Assembly (NCBI RefSeq): GCF_021246445.1 | Contig: NZ_JAJQXW010000001.1 | Location: 1,196,168-1,260,167 of the forward strand | Origin: Rhabdothermincola salaria | GTDB taxonomy: Bacteria > Actinomycetota > Acidimicrobiia > Acidimicrobiales > Acidimicrobilacustridaceae | Length of the DNA stretch: 64,000 bases | Direction: 5' to 3' | Part shown: positions 22,490-33,586 of the stretch, piece by piece | How the letters are laid out: each line of letters starts with the position of its first letter | Position numbering within the stretch: the first letter of the stretch is position 1 | The notes under the pieces: model-generated | The model's input: the letters and a program-made list of their open reading frames with translations, nothing else | What the model was told of the DNA's origin: nothing | The model's database searches: none | Program-made: the position numbers and the translations under genes

Positions 22490-23676
22490 CGGGGCTCCTG
22501 GTGGGCGGGGTCGATCGGGTGGGACCCGAGGTCGGGTCGGGCGGCGTCGTGGTAGGCGTCGGCCAGCGCGGCGGCGGAGCGGGGCCAGGCGAAGGCGAGC
22601 GCCCGGCGGCGGCCGGCGGCGACGAGGGCCTCGGCCCGTGCCGGGTGGTCGAGCACGTCCGCCAGCGCCGTGGCCCAGGCCGTGGCGTCGTAGGGGTCCA
22701 CGATCACCGCCGCACCGCCGGTCACGTCGGGGAGCGCCCCGGCGTCGGAGGCCACGACGGGGCAGCCGCGGCTCATGGCCTCGACCACGGGCAGGCCGAA
22801 TCCCTCGTAGGCGGAGGGGAAGGCCAGCACCGAGGCACGGCGATAGAGCACCTCGAGGTCGGTCGCGGGGATGCGGCCAGTGCGCACCACGTGCTGTTCG
22901 AGGCCGTAGGCGGCCACCGCGGCGTCGAGGTGCGACTCGGCCGGACCGGCCCGGCCGGTGAGCACCAGCGCCAGGTCCGGACGGGCGCCGACGAGGAGGG
23001 ACAGGGCCCGAACCAGGGTCTCGTGGTTCTTGTGGGCGTAGGTGATGGCCGGGTACAGCACCACCCGCCGACCGGCGAGGCCGAGGCGACCCAGCACCGC
23101 GTCGGGGTCGACCGAGCGGGGCAGCGGGCCGGGCCGATCGACCCCGCTGGGCACCAGACGCAGGTGGCGCGGGTCGACCCCGCAGCGGTCGACGGCGTCG
23201 CGACCCGTGAACGTGGTCAGGGTGATCACGATGCGGGCCCGCCGCAGCGAGGGAGGGGCCACGGCTCGGATGTAGGTGCGCTTCAGCGCCGAGAACCGCT
23301 CGGGGTGAGCCAGGGGTTGCAGGTCGTGGAGGGTGACGACCGACGGCACCGGCGACACCCACGGGATGGTGCCGCCGGCGTGGTGGACGACGTCGAGGCG
23401 CCGACGACGGCTCTCGGCCGCCAACCAGGTGGACTCGGCCAGCACCCGCCGGGGCCGGCTGCGCCCCGAGACGGGCGCCACGACGGTGCGCCAGGCGCCC
23501 GCCAGGTCGGGATGGGCGGACGAGAACGAGCCGTTGACGAACAGGGTCACGTCGAGGTCGCGGGGGGCGGCGTCGGCGAGGGCCTCGAGGAGGCCGACCG
23601 TGTACTCCTCGCTGCCCCCGACGTCGCCGGGGACGAGCCACAGCAGGTTGACACCGACCGCCAGGGCGGCGCTCAC
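22486..23676 (-). CDS. GT4 glycosyltransferase
   Basis: GGSEEY, VVTLHDLQ, YPAITYAHKNH, FPSAYEGFGLPVVEAM; start GTG 23676. Confidence 0.9.
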   Translation of the reverse strand: MSAALAVGVNLLWLVPGDVGGSEEYTVGLLEALADAAPRDLDVTLFVNGSFSSAHPDLAGAWRTVVAPVSGRSRPRRVLAESTWLAAESRRRRLDVVHHAGGTIPWVSPVPSVVTLHDLQPLAHPERFSALKRTYIRAVAPPSLRRARIVITLTTFTGRDAVDRCGVDPRHLRLVPSGVDRPGPLPRSVDPDAVLGRLGLAGRRVVLYPAITYAHKNHETLVRALSLLVGARPDLALVLTGRAGPAESHLDAAVAAYGLEQHVVRTGRIPATDLEVLYRRASVLAFPSAYEGFGLPVVEAMSRGCPVVASDAGALPDVTGGAAVIVDPYDATAWATALADVLDHPARAEALVAAGRRRALAFAWPRSAAALADAYHDAARPDLGSHPIDPAHQEPR

Positions 23677-24794
23677 GACGGCCCTCCTCGGGAGGCTGCC
23701 TCGTGGTACACGGCTTCGAGGGCGGCCGCGGTGGCGGCCCACGAGAAGTGGTCGCGGGCCCGGTCGTGACCGGCCGTGCCCAGCCGGGCCCGACGGTCGG
23801 GATCGTCGAGGAGGCCGCCGAGCGCGTCGCCCAGCCCGCCCACGTCCTCGGGGTCCACGAGGACGCCCGTCTCCCCCGCCACCTCGGCGGTGGCGGTGCC
23901 GGCCGACGTCACGACCGGCGTGCCCTGGGCCATGGCCTCGAGCACGGGGAGGCCGAAGCCCTCCTGGCGGCTCGGGAAGCAGAAGACGTCGGCACCGGCG
24001 TAGGCCGCCCGCAGGTCGTCCTGGGTGAGGAAGCCCACCGGGCGCACGCGCTCCCCCAGCGCCGCCAGGCGGGGCGTCAGGTCCTCGTTCCAGCCCTGGG
24101 GGCCGGCCAGGACCAAGGTGACGTCGCGGCGGGCGAGGGCGGCGAAGGCATCGAGGAGGACAGGGAGGTTCTTGCGAGGCTCGATGGTGCCGGCCCACAG
24201 CACGTAGCGCCCCTCGAGGCCGTGGCGGGCCCGGAAGGCCTCCACCTCGCTCCCGGCGACCGGTCGGGGCTCGATGCCCCAGGGCACCAGGCGGAGGCGA
24301 TCGGGGTCGAAGCCCTGCGCTCGGCACTCGTCGAGCGTGGCCCGGGACGGGGCCATGACGAGGGTGGCGTCGCGCCGGGCCAGATCGATGGCCCGCCGGA
24401 AGAACGCCACGCCGCGCCGGGTGAACTGCGAGGGGTCGTGGGTGAAGGCCAGGTCGTGCACCGTGACCACCAGCGGCGCCGACGGCGGGGGCACTGCCAT
24501 CCCGGTGGCGTGGATCACGTCGACCGGACCGGTGGCCCGCTGCACCGGGGGGCGGCGCAGCCGGTGCCAGGACTCGTAGAGCGCCAGGCGGGGAAGCGGC
24601 AGCGGCACCACCGGAATGGGCGGCACCCAGCTCGTCGCCGGATCGTGGCGGTGGCGGGCGCTCACCCCGATCTGAGCCACCTGCCCGTGCACCTGCAGGG
24701 CGCGCACCGACTCCAGCGCGGCCTGCGCCGTGCCGCCCGGCACGCTGTGCCAGCACTGTTCGAGGGTCACCGCGACCCGTAGCGGTCGGTCCAC
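23673..24794 (-). CDS. GT4 glycosyltransferase
   Basis: EQCWHSVPGGT, VTVHDLAF, GTIEPRKNL, PSRQEGFGLPVLEAM; start GTG 24794. Confidence 0.9.
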   Translation of the reverse strand: MDRPLRVAVTLEQCWHSVPGGTAQAALESVRALQVHGQVAQIGVSARHRHDPATSWVPPIPVVPLPLPRLALYESWHRLRRPPVQRATGPVDVIHATGMAVPPPSAPLVVTVHDLAFTHDPSQFTRRGVAFFRRAIDLARRDATLVMAPSRATLDECRAQGFDPDRLRLVPWGIEPRPVAGSEVEAFRARHGLEGRYVLWAGTIEPRKNLPVLLDAFAALARRDVTLVLAGPQGWNEDLTPRLAALGERVRPVGFLTQDDLRAAYAGADVFCFPSRQEGFGLPVLEAMAQGTPVVTSAGTATAEVAGETGVLVDPEDVGGLGDALGGLLDDPDRRARLGTAGHDRARDHFSWAATAAALEAVYHEAASRGGPS

Positions 24795-24863
24795 GACGGG
24801 CGAGTCTCCCACGCCCGCCGGGACGCCCCGGGACGGCCCCGGCTCGTCGGTAGGGTGGCGGCC

Positions 24864-25853
24864 ATGGTTCCTGTTCCGGGGTTCGAGCCCGATCCGGCGT
24901 TCTGGCGTGACCGCACCGTGTTGGTGACCGGTGGCAACGGGTTCCTCGGTCGAGCGGTGGTCGACCGCCTCCAGACCCGCGGGCCGCGGGCGGTGGTCAC
25001 CCCGACCAGCTCCGACTACGACCTGCGCGACCGCACCGCTGTGGCCTCGATGTTCGCCGACGTCGAGCCGGACCTCGTGATCCACCTCGCCGCCCGGGTG
25101 GGGGGCATCGGGGCCAACATGGCCCGCCCCTCCGACCTCTACCTCGACAACCTCCTGATGGGCACGTACGTGCTCGACGAGGCCCGCCGGCGCGACACCG
25201 AGCAGACCGTGATGCTCGGCACCATCTGCTCGTACCCCAAGTTCACGCCGGTGCCCTTCACCGAGGACTCCCTCTGGCAGGGCTACCCGGAGGAGACCAA
25301 CGCCCCCTACGGGATCGCCAAGCTGGCCCAGCTGGTGCAGCTCCAGGCCAACCGCGCCCAGTACGGCCAACGCGCCGTCTACCTGATGCCCACCAACCTC
25401 TACGGGCCCCGCGACAAGTTCCACCCGGCGGTGTCGCACGTGATCCCCGCCCTCATCAAGAAGACCGTCGACGCCACCGAACGGGGTGACGAGGCCATCG
25501 AGGTCTGGGGCACGGGCTCGGCCAGCCGCGAGTTCCTCTACGTCGACGACGCCGCCGAGGCCATCTTGCTGGCGACCGAGTTCTACGACGACGGCGAGCC
25601 CGTGAACCTCGGTGCCGACCAGGAGCTCCCCATCCGCGATCTGGTCGACATCATCGTCGAGCTGGTCGGCTTCACCGGTGAGGTCCGTTGGGACACCTCG
25701 AAGCCCGACGGCCAGCCCCGCCGGGGCGTCGACGGCAGCCGGGCCCGGGACCGCTTCGGCTTCGTGGCCGGCACCTCGTTCGAGGAGGGGCTGCGCCTCA
25801 CCCTCGACTGGTACCTGGCCAACCGCGAGGAAGCCGAGGCTCGCGCCATCTGA
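24864..25853 (+). CDS. fcl: GDP-L-fucose synthase
   Basis: GGNGFLG, HLAARVGGIGAN, TICSYPK, YGIAK, PTNLYGPRD, SHVIPALI, WGTGSASREFLYVDD, KPDGQPRR. Confidence 0.93.
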   Translation: MVPVPGFEPDPAFWRDRTVLVTGGNGFLGRAVVDRLQTRGPRAVVTPTSSDYDLRDRTAVASMFADVEPDLVIHLAARVGGIGANMARPSDLYLDNLLMGTYVLDEARRRDTEQTVMLGTICSYPKFTPVPFTEDSLWQGYPEETNAPYGIAKLAQLVQLQANRAQYGQRAVYLMPTNLYGPRDKFHPAVSHVIPALIKKTVDATERGDEAIEVWGTGSASREFLYVDDAAEAILLATEFYDDGEPVNLGADQELPIRDLVDIIVELVGFTGEVRWDTSKPDGQPRRGVDGSRARDRFGFVAGTSFEEGLRLTLDWYLANREEAEARAI

Positions 25854-25869
25854 GCCTGCTCGGCGGGGT

Positions 25870-25893
25870 GGTCACCCCGGGCCCGGGGTGACC
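25870..25893. terminator. Perfect 24-bp palindrome between convergent fcl and uxs
   Basis: GGTCACCCCGGG|CCCGGGGTGACC; no U-tract. Confidence 0.55.
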
Positions 25894-25921
25894 GTGGGCG
25901 CGGGCCGGCTCACCGACCGGC

Positions 25922-26875
<954 letters not shown>

Positions 26876-26882
26876 GGTGCTC

Positions 26883-29537
26883 CTACCGGCCGATGCCCTG
26901 GTGGGTGAAGCCCCGCCGCAGCAGGGCGCCGCGGTCGAGGAGGTTGCGGGCGTCGACGACGTGGCGATCGGTCATGGCGTCGGCGACCTTGTCGAGGTCG
27001 ACCCACTTGAACTGGTCCCACTCGGTGAGCACGGCGAGGACCCGGGCCCCCTGGCAGGGGGCGTAGACATCGTCGCAGACAACCACCTCGGGCACCTCGG
27101 GAAGCGATCCGGTGACGGTGGGGTCGTGGGCGTGGACCTCGGCGCCGGCGGCCACCAGGCGGCGCACGATCTCGACGGCCGGGGAGTCGCGGCGGTCGTC
27201 GGTGTTGGCCTTGAAGGTCAGCCCCCACACCCCGATGCGCACGCCGTCGACCGTGCCGCCGGCGGCCTGGGTGATCTTGGCCACGACCCGGTCGAACTGG
27301 GCGTCGTTGATGCTGAGCACGGCGTCGAGCAGGTCGAAGTCGTAGCCCGCCTCGGTGGCCATGAACCGCAACGCCCTGGTGTCTTTGGGGAAGCAGTTGT
27401 GCGCCACCAACCCGCCGGTGGCGACCACGGTGTGCGGCCCAGGGACCTCGATTGAGTAGACGGGCCCGACGTGGTGCCGGCTTTCGACGCGGGCGACGCG
27501 GGCCCACACCGCCCCCTTGCCCAGTCGGCGATAGCCCGTGGGAGCGATGCGCTTGGCCTGGCGGTCGAGGGCTGCACGGATCTCGAAGGCCTCGCCTTCC
27601 GGGACGAGGAACAGGGCCTGCTCGACCTGATCGGCTCCGGAGATGGTGAGGAAGTACGCGTCGGTGGTGGCTTTGGCGGACCGACCGACCTTCAACCGCG
27701 CCACGATCCCGAGCCCACCGAGCAGCCGGAGCATTCCGTCCGCCAACTCGCGTGAGACGGTTCCGTACTCGAGACACACGCTCGGCCCGCCGTTGACGTA
27801 GGACCAGGATCCATCGCCGTCCCAGAGTCCGCGAAGGAACGCCTTCTGCCGGCTTTCGGGCAACCCCCACAGCACGTCGGGCACCCGCTTCGTGTAGCTC
27901 GTGGACCCCAGCCCGAGGCCCGACTCGAACCATGCGGCGAGCACTCGGGAGCTCACGGCGACCTGCCGCGTCGTCGAGACCCGGCGGGCCTCGGCCTTCA
28001 CGCCCTGGCCTTCCCAGTAGGCACGCACTCTCTCGACCAGGTCGTGCTCCAGGTGAGGATGGAAGCTGCACGCTACGCGTCGCCGCGATCCGTCCCGGGT
28101 GACGTGGCCCTCGGCGGCGTAGATGCCGAGCATCCACCACAGCTCGTCACCATCGGGCACCAAGGCCGGCACGTAGGTCCCGTTCGTCGTCGTGCCGAGC
28201 AGTGCTCCGTCGACGTCCATCCCCAGGCGCTCCAGCTCGTCCAGGCGCAGGGTGCCGGAGCGCAGCACGTCCCGCCGACGCCCGGCGGGAAGTTCGTCGG
28301 CGACCTCGAAAAGCCGCTGCCGTTGGACGGCGGACAGTCGACAGATCACCTGTGACGGATCGAGGTCGGCGTGTCCCAACGTGGCGGTCAGGTCATGGAT
28401 GAGGAAGTGGTCTGGCGCGAGGGGCGCTCCCTGGGCGATCGGGAGCCAGTCATCGGTGGTGAGATCATCGGCCAGGCGCAGACCGGTGCGCTCGGGATCG
28501 ACGCCGTCGCCGACCACCATCGGGTGGTCGGCGGTCACAGTGAGGCGCCGTCCCATCTTGGTGACGATGTCGACGACCACGCCGTCGTAGTCACGCACCG
28601 TGAGCTGTGCCACAGGGAAGAACTCAGGGGCCGGGTCCCCGGGGTTCCACGCCAGGACCTCGACACCGGCGATCCCCCGGGACTCCACCTCGCAGGCAAG
28701 CTGCTCGAAGGTGATGAGGGACGTCTGCCAGCCCCGGCGCACGAGGACGGTCTCGGCGCCCTCGAAGCAACTTCCACCCCATCCGGGGCCGGGGCGCAGG
28801 AACTTGTTGCCGATTCGGGTGTCGTACCCCATGCCCAGCATCACGTCGTCGGCATCGGCGCCGAGGGCCTCGCACAGCGCCGCCACCGCGTTCACGAACG
28901 ACAGCTTCATGGCCAGGAAGGCGTTCGAGGCGTACTTGATCGTCTCGGCCGACGCCGGGTCGGTGACCATCAGCGGCGCCGGCACCCCCAGGTACAACGA
29001 GGCCACCCGGATGGCCGCCCCCTGGTCGTCGGAACCGATCACCACCCGGTCCGGGTTCAAGAAGTCGTGCACCGCCGAGCCCTCGCGCAGGAACTCCGGG
29101 TTCGACACCACGTAGAGGTCCGACCGCCCCAGGGCCTGCTCCACCCGTCGGGTCGATCCCACCGGCACCGTGGACTTGTTGACCACCACCGCCTCGGCCG
29201 GCAGGTGCGGGGCGATCTGCTCGGCGGCCGCCTCCAGGTAGGTGAGGTCGGCCGAACCGTCCGCCCCCTGCGGGGTCGGCACGCACAGGTATGCGAACTG
29301 GGCGTCCGCGGTGGCGGCACCCACGTCGGTGGTGAAGCGCAACCGGCCCGCGTCCATCCCCTCACGGACGATCTCCTCCAACCCCGGCTCGTGGATCGGG
29401 ATCCGCCCCTGCTGCAGCGACGCCACCTTGTCCGGGTCGATGTCGACGCACACCACCGTGTGCCCCAGGCTCGAGAAGCACGCACCCGTGGTGAGCCCGA
29501 CGTAGCCGGTCCCGATCACCGCGATCGTCTGGTCCAC
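26883..29537 (-). CDS. ugd: UDP-glucose/GDP-mannose 6-dehydrogenase precursor containing an intein (884 aa; 426 aa after splicing)
   Basis: [45 protein letters not shown]|intein|[24 protein letters not shown]; start GTG 29537. Confidence 0.95.
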   Translation of the reverse strand: MDQTIAVIGTGYVGLTTGACFSSLGHTVVCVDIDPDKVASLQQGRIPIHEPGLEEIVREGMDAGRLRFTTDVGAATADAQFAYLCVPTPQGADGSADLTYLEAAAEQIAPHLPAEAVVVNKSTVPVGSTRRVEQALGRSDLYVVSNPEFLREGSAVHDFLNPDRVVIGSDDQGAAIRVASLYLGVPAPLMVTDPASAETIKYASNAFLAMKLSFVNAVAALCEALGADADDVMLGMGYDTRIGNKFLRPGPGWGGSCFEGAETVLVRRGWQTSLITFEQLACEVESRGIAGVEVLAWNPGDPAPEFFPVAQLTVRDYDGVVVDIVTKMGRRLTVTADHPMVVGDGVDPERTGLRLADDLTTDDWLPIAQGAPLAPDHFLIHDLTATLGHADLDPSQVICRLSAVQRQRLFEVADELPAGRRRDVLRSGTLRLDELERLGMDVDGALLGTTTNGTYVPALVPDGDELWWMLGIYAAEGHVTRDGSRRRVACSFHPHLEHDLVERVRAYWEGQGVKAEARRVSTTRQVAVSSRVLAAWFESGLGLGSTSYTKRVPDVLWGLPESRQKAFLRGLWDGDGSWSYVNGGPSVCLEYGTVSRELADGMLRLLGGLGIVARLKVGRSAKATTDAYFLTISGADQVEQALFLVPEGEAFEIRAALDRQAKRIAPTGYRRLGKGAVWARVARVESRHHVGPVYSIEVPGPHTVVATGGLVAHNCFPKDTRALRFMATEAGYDFDLLDAVLSINDAQFDRVVAKITQAAGGTVDGVRIGVWGLTFKANTDDRRDSPAVEIVRRLVAAGAEVHAHDPTVTGSLPEVPEVVVCDDVYAPCQGARVLAVLTEWDQFKWVDLDKVADAMTDRHVVDARNLLDRGALLRRGFTHQGIGR
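27396..28769 (-). mobile_element. Intein with LAGLIDADG homing endonuclease (458 aa) in ugd
   Basis: Block [11 protein letters not shown]; block [10 protein letters not shown]; endonuclease motifs [10 protein letters not shown] and [11 protein letters not shown]; block [18 protein letters not shown]; block F VYSIEV; terminal HN followed by extein Cys. Confidence 0.95.
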
Positions 29538-29571
29538 TGAAGTTCCGCCTTCGGTCGTGGGTGGCCGCTCG

Positions 29572-30705
29572 TCAGCCGCACGAGACGCCAGGAGGCGCCT
29601 CGGGCAGGAACGAGTAGCTGGTGGTGGTGGACGTGGTGCTCGGCTCCCCGATCCCAGGGGTCGCGGGCTCCGCCGGGGCCTCGGGTTCGGTGCCGGGCTC
29701 GCCGGTCGGATCCTCGGGCTCGGGTGGGGCTGCACCCCGGAAGATCTCGAAGATCGGCTCGGCTGCGGTCGCGTTCAGCTCGACGACGCTCGCCGCCCCC
29801 ACGAAGACCGGTTCGCCCGGGACCCGGTAGGTGGCCAGGCTCTGCGGGTCGAAGTCGCGGAACTGCGTGCCCAGCGAGACGATGTCGGAGACCGTGTACT
29901 CGCTGTCGAGGGTCACGTTCTGCTGGGCCACGCCGATGAGGTCCTGGAGCACGAACGGGTTGCGCACCCCACGGGCGACGGCCTTCTCGAGCGCCGCGGT
30001 GATGAACAGCTGCTGGCGATCGATGCGGCCGAAGTCACCCGTCGGGTCGGTGCGCCACCGACCGTCGACCTTGATCTCGAACGACCGGGAGCGGGCGAAG
30101 GCCAGGGCCTGGTCGGCATCGAGGGTGACGCAGCCGGGGTCGTACTGGAAGAGCCCCGTCTTCTGGTCCCGTGCTTCCCACGGGAAGTAGACCGGCACGC
30201 CCCCGACGGCGTCGACGAGCGACCGGAAGCCGGCGAAGTCGACCATGGCGTAGTGGTTGATCGGGATGTCGAAGTTGAGGCGGATGGTCTCGATCAGGCG
30301 CTCGGGACCGCCCAGCGCCAACGCCGCGTTGATGCGATCGCGTCCCCCGCCCGCCAGCGGGACGTAGAGGTCCCGCGGGATGGACAAGATGGCGGCTTCC
30401 TTGGTGCGAGGGTCGATGCGCAGGACCATGATCGTGTCGGTGTTGAGCGAGCTGGTGCGCCCGAACAGCACCGGGTCCCCCTCCTCGAGGCCGTCGCCGT
30501 TGTCGATGCCGACGAGCAGCACGTTCTGGGGCTCACCCCCCTCGACCGGCTCGGAGAGGGCCCGACCGAGATCGATGCGCGGCAGATCGCTCGCCTGGGC
30601 GTAGGTCCAGGTCAGACCGCCGGCGGCGACGAGGCACACGATGACGAGCAACGAGTTGAACGTGAGCAGCAGACGCTGCGACCACGTGCGGTGGGGGCGG
30701 CGCAC
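29572..30705 (-). CDS. LCP (LytR-CpsA-Psr) family glycopolymer transferase
   Basis: N-terminal TM, NVLLVGID, TDTIMVL, SIPRDL, RINAA, DFAGF..LVDAVGGV, FARSR, DFGRIDRQQ; start GTG 30705. Confidence 0.93.
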   Translation of the reverse strand: MRRPHRTWSQRLLLTFNSLLVIVCLVAAGGLTWTYAQASDLPRIDLGRALSEPVEGGEPQNVLLVGIDNGDGLEEGDPVLFGRTSSLNTDTIMVLRIDPRTKEAAILSIPRDLYVPLAGGGRDRINAALALGGPERLIETIRLNFDIPINHYAMVDFAGFRSLVDAVGGVPVYFPWEARDQKTGLFQYDPGCVTLDADQALAFARSRSFEIKVDGRWRTDPTGDFGRIDRQQLFITAALEKAVARGVRNPFVLQDLIGVAQQNVTLDSEYTVSDIVSLGTQFRDFDPQSLATYRVPGEPVFVGAASVVELNATAAEPIFEIFRGAAPPEPEDPTGEPGTEPEAPAEPATPGIGEPSTTSTTTSYSFLPEAPPGVSCG

Positions 30706-30805
30706 GGCGGCGAGAGTACTACCGGCCCGTCGCCGCAAGGGGGTCCCCCGGGGCGCGGCGCCGGCGGCCCGGAGCTGTCGCGGCCCGCACGCGTACGCTT
30801 CGGAG

Positions 30806-31852
30806 GTGACCCGCTGCGCCCCAGGCCGACACCTCGACGATGCCGTGGCCGTCGTCGGCGGGATGGTCGCCACCGGCCTCGTCGACGTCACCGACGATCC
30901 CGACGCCCTCGACGGCCACGGTTGGTGGCTGGTCGTCGCCCCCTTCGAGGGTCCGCCGCTGCTGGCCCGCTTCGCCGAGCAGCGCCTCCTCCGCCCCGGC
31001 GAGCTGTCCTCTCGTCGATGGCGCGGGCCCCGGCGGGACGGGTGGACCAGCTCGCTCGACGAGACCGGGTTCCGCCGCGCCGTGACCTCCGTCCGTGCCG
31101 GCATCGGCCGCGGCGACGTCTACCAGGTCAACCTCACCCGCCGGCTCTCCGCCCCCCTGGCGGCCGACGCCTCCATGCTGGCCCTGGGCGGAGCGTTGGC
31201 CGCGGGCAACCCCGCCCCACACGCGGCGATCGTCGAGCTCCCCACGCACGGGGTCAGGTTGGCCTCCGCCTCCCCGGAGCTCTTCCTCGCCCGAGATGGC
31301 GACCGGGTGTGGTCCTCACCCATCAAGGGCACTGCCGAGCACGTCGACGGCTTCCTGGCCAAGGACAGCGCCGAGAACGTCATGATCGTCGACCTGGTCC
31401 GCAACGACCTCGGACGGGTCTGCCGACCCGGCTCGATCTCGGTCCCGTTGCTGCTCGGCCGCGAGGAGCACCCGGGCCTGGTCCACCTGGTCAGCACCGT
31501 GGAAGGGCGGCTCCGCGCCGGTGTCGGGTGGGCCGCCCTCCTCGACGCCACCTTCCCGCCGGGCTCGGTCACCGGCGCCCCCAAGCTGGCGGCGCTCGAG
31601 CACATCGCCCGCCTCGAACCGGTGCCCCGCAACGTGTACTGCGGTTCGGTCGGCTGGGTCGACGCCGACCACGACCGCGGGTCGCTCAACGTGGCCATCC
31701 GCACGTTCTTCGTGGACGACGGGCGGCTCTGCCTGGGCACCGGCGGGGGGATCACCTGGGACTCGACCCCCGACGGCGAATGGGAGGAGACCGAGCTCAA
31801 GGCCCGGCGGCTCCTCGACGTGGTGTCGGCCCCCGTCCCGGCCCGGGCCTGA
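30806..31852 (+). CDS. pabB: Chorismate-binding enzyme, aminodeoxychorismate synthase component I-like
   Basis: GDVYQVNL, SASPELFL, PIKGT, AENVMIVDLVRNDL, FPPGSVTGAPK, NVAIRT, GGGITWDS; followed by a class IV aminotransferase. Confidence 0.8.
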   Translation: MTRCAPGRHLDDAVAVVGGMVATGLVDVTDDPDALDGHGWWLVVAPFEGPPLLARFAEQRLLRPGELSSRRWRGPRRDGWTSSLDETGFRRAVTSVRAGIGRGDVYQVNLTRRLSAPLAADASMLALGGALAAGNPAPHAAIVELPTHGVRLASASPELFLARDGDRVWSSPIKGTAEHVDGFLAKDSAENVMIVDLVRNDLGRVCRPGSISVPLLLGREEHPGLVHLVSTVEGRLRAGVGWAALLDATFPPGSVTGAPKLAALEHIARLEPVPRNVYCGSVGWVDADHDRGSLNVAIRTFFVDDGRLCLGTGGGITWDSTPDGEWEETELKARRLLDVVSAPVPARA

Positions 31853-31853
31853 C

Positions 31854-32720
31854 ATGAGCCCTCCGCCCCCGGTCGTATGGGTCGACGGTTCTCTGGGCGA
31901 CGAGGCCGGAGCCCGCATCGCTGCCCTCGACCGCGGGTTCACCGTCGGCGACGGCGTGTTCGAGACCATCCGCGTCGCCCGCGGCCGACCGGTCTTCTGG
32001 ACCCGCCACCTGCGCCGGCTCCACCACGGGCTGCAGGTCGTCGGCCTCGAGGACCCCGACGATGATGGCGCGGCGCTGGCACTCGACGAGCAGCTGCGGG
32101 CCGGCGCCGAGGCGGTGCTGGCCCATCGGGCCGGGCCGGATGCCCGGCTGCGGCTCACGGTGACCAGCGGACCGGGCCCCCTCGGCCCCCGCCGCTCACC
32201 CGGCCCCCTCACGACGGTGGTGGCCGCCGCCGACACCGGCCCGACGCCCACCTCGATCACGGCCTGCACCGTGAGGTGGGCCCGCAACGAACGATCCGTG
32301 CTGGCCGGGGTGAAGTCCACCAGCTACGGCGAAGGCGTCGCGCTGCTCGACCACGCGAGCCGCATGGGAGCCGACGAGGCGATCCTGGCCGACACGACCG
32401 GCCGGCTGAGCGAGGCGGTCACCGCCAACGTCTTCGTCGCCGTCGACGGGCGTCTGGCGACCCCCGGCCTCGACACCGGCTGCCTGGCCGGCACGGTACG
32501 CGACGTCGTGCTCGAGGCGGGGCTGGCGACGGAGCACGACCTCCCCATCGCCGTGCTGCACGACGCCGACGAGGTCTTCGTGACCTCGGCGACCCGCGGC
32601 GTCGTCCCTGTGTCGATCGTCGACGCCCACCCGGTGCCGTCGGTGGGTGGCCCCCTCACCCTCGCGGCCCGGGAGGCCTACGACCGGGCGGTCGACCAGG
32701 ACCTCGTCACCGACTGGTGA
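31854..32720 (+). CDS. PLP-dependent aminotransferase class IV (ADC lyase/BCAT-like)
   Basis: DRGFTVGDGVFET, HLRRL, GVKSTSY, EAVTANVF, LAGTVR, EVFVTSATRGV. Confidence 0.88.
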   Translation: MSPPPPVVWVDGSLGDEAGARIAALDRGFTVGDGVFETIRVARGRPVFWTRHLRRLHHGLQVVGLEDPDDDGAALALDEQLRAGAEAVLAHRAGPDARLRLTVTSGPGPLGPRRSPGPLTTVVAAADTGPTPTSITACTVRWARNERSVLAGVKSTSYGEGVALLDHASRMGADEAILADTTGRLSEAVTANVFVAVDGRLATPGLDTGCLAGTVRDVVLEAGLATEHDLPIAVLHDADEVFVTSATRGVVPVSIVDAHPVPSVGGPLTLAAREAYDRAVDQDLVTDW

Positions 32721-32759
32721 GGTGCGAGGCGGCGTCGGCGACCCCGCCGCCCGCCGCCT

Positions 32760-33581
32760 TCACCGCTGACGGAGGTGCACGATGTCGCCGACCGCGATCT
32801 CGAGCGGCGGGCCGCCGTCGGAGGGGCTGACGACCAGGTGTCCGTTGGCGGCGACGTCGACCGCCGTCCCCTCGACGGCGGTGCCGTCGGGCAGCTCGGC
32901 CCGCACGGGCCGGCCGATGGTGGCCGAGACCCGGCGCACCGACTCCAGCAGCCGCACGCGGCCGTCCGGTTCGTCGAGGTCGGCGAGCACGGCGTCCAGA
33001 CGGGTGAGCCACGCCACCAGCAGGTCCTCTCGGTCGATCGCACGCCCGCTGACGTGGTTGAGGGCCACGGCGACGTCGACCAGCTCCGGCGGGAGGTCGA
33101 ACGGCCACTCGACGTTCAGGCCCATGCCCACGACCACGGCCTCGACGTCGGGACCCTTCAGGCGGGCCTCGGCGAGGATCCCTCCCAGCTTGCGGCCGGC
33201 GAAGCGGTGACCGGCCAGCACCACCAGGTCGTTCGGCCACTTCAAGCCCGGCGTGATGCCGTCGAGCTGACGACAGGCCTCGACCGCGGCCACACCGGCG
33301 GCGGTGGTCAGCAGATGGGCATCGCCGGCAGCCATCGTCGGGCGCAGCAACACCGAGACCAACAGCGACGCCCCCGCCGGGGCGCTCCACGTGCGGTCGA
33401 GTCGGCCCCGGCCCGCGGTCTGATGATCGGCCACCAGCACGAGGCCGTCGGGAGCGCCCTCTGCCGCTGCCGCGAGCAGGTCGGCGTTGGTCGAACCGGT
33501 CTCGTCGACCCACCGGACCTCCCCGAAACGAGTGCCCTCGAGTCTCGATGTGGCGGAGGACCCCTTCACACATGCCACCAT
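32760..33581 (-). CDS. birA: Biotin-[acetyl-CoA carboxylase] ligase without an HTH domain (start uncertain)
   Basis: TGSTNADL, QTAGRGRLDRTW, LKWPNDL, KLGGIL, GMGLNV. Confidence 0.92.
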   Translation of the reverse strand: MVACVKGSSATSRLEGTRFGEVRWVDETGSTNADLLAAAAEGAPDGLVLVADHQTAGRGRLDRTWSAPAGASLLVSVLLRPTMAAGDAHLLTTAAGVAAVEACRQLDGITPGLKWPNDLVVLAGHRFAGRKLGGILAEARLKGPDVEAVVVGMGLNVEWPFDLPPELVDVAVALNHVSGRAIDREDLLVAWLTRLDAVLADLDEPDGRVRLLESVRRVSATIGRPVRAELPDGTAVEGTAVDVAANGHLVVSPSDGGPPLEIAVGDIVHLRQR

Positions 33582-33586
33582 ATGGC

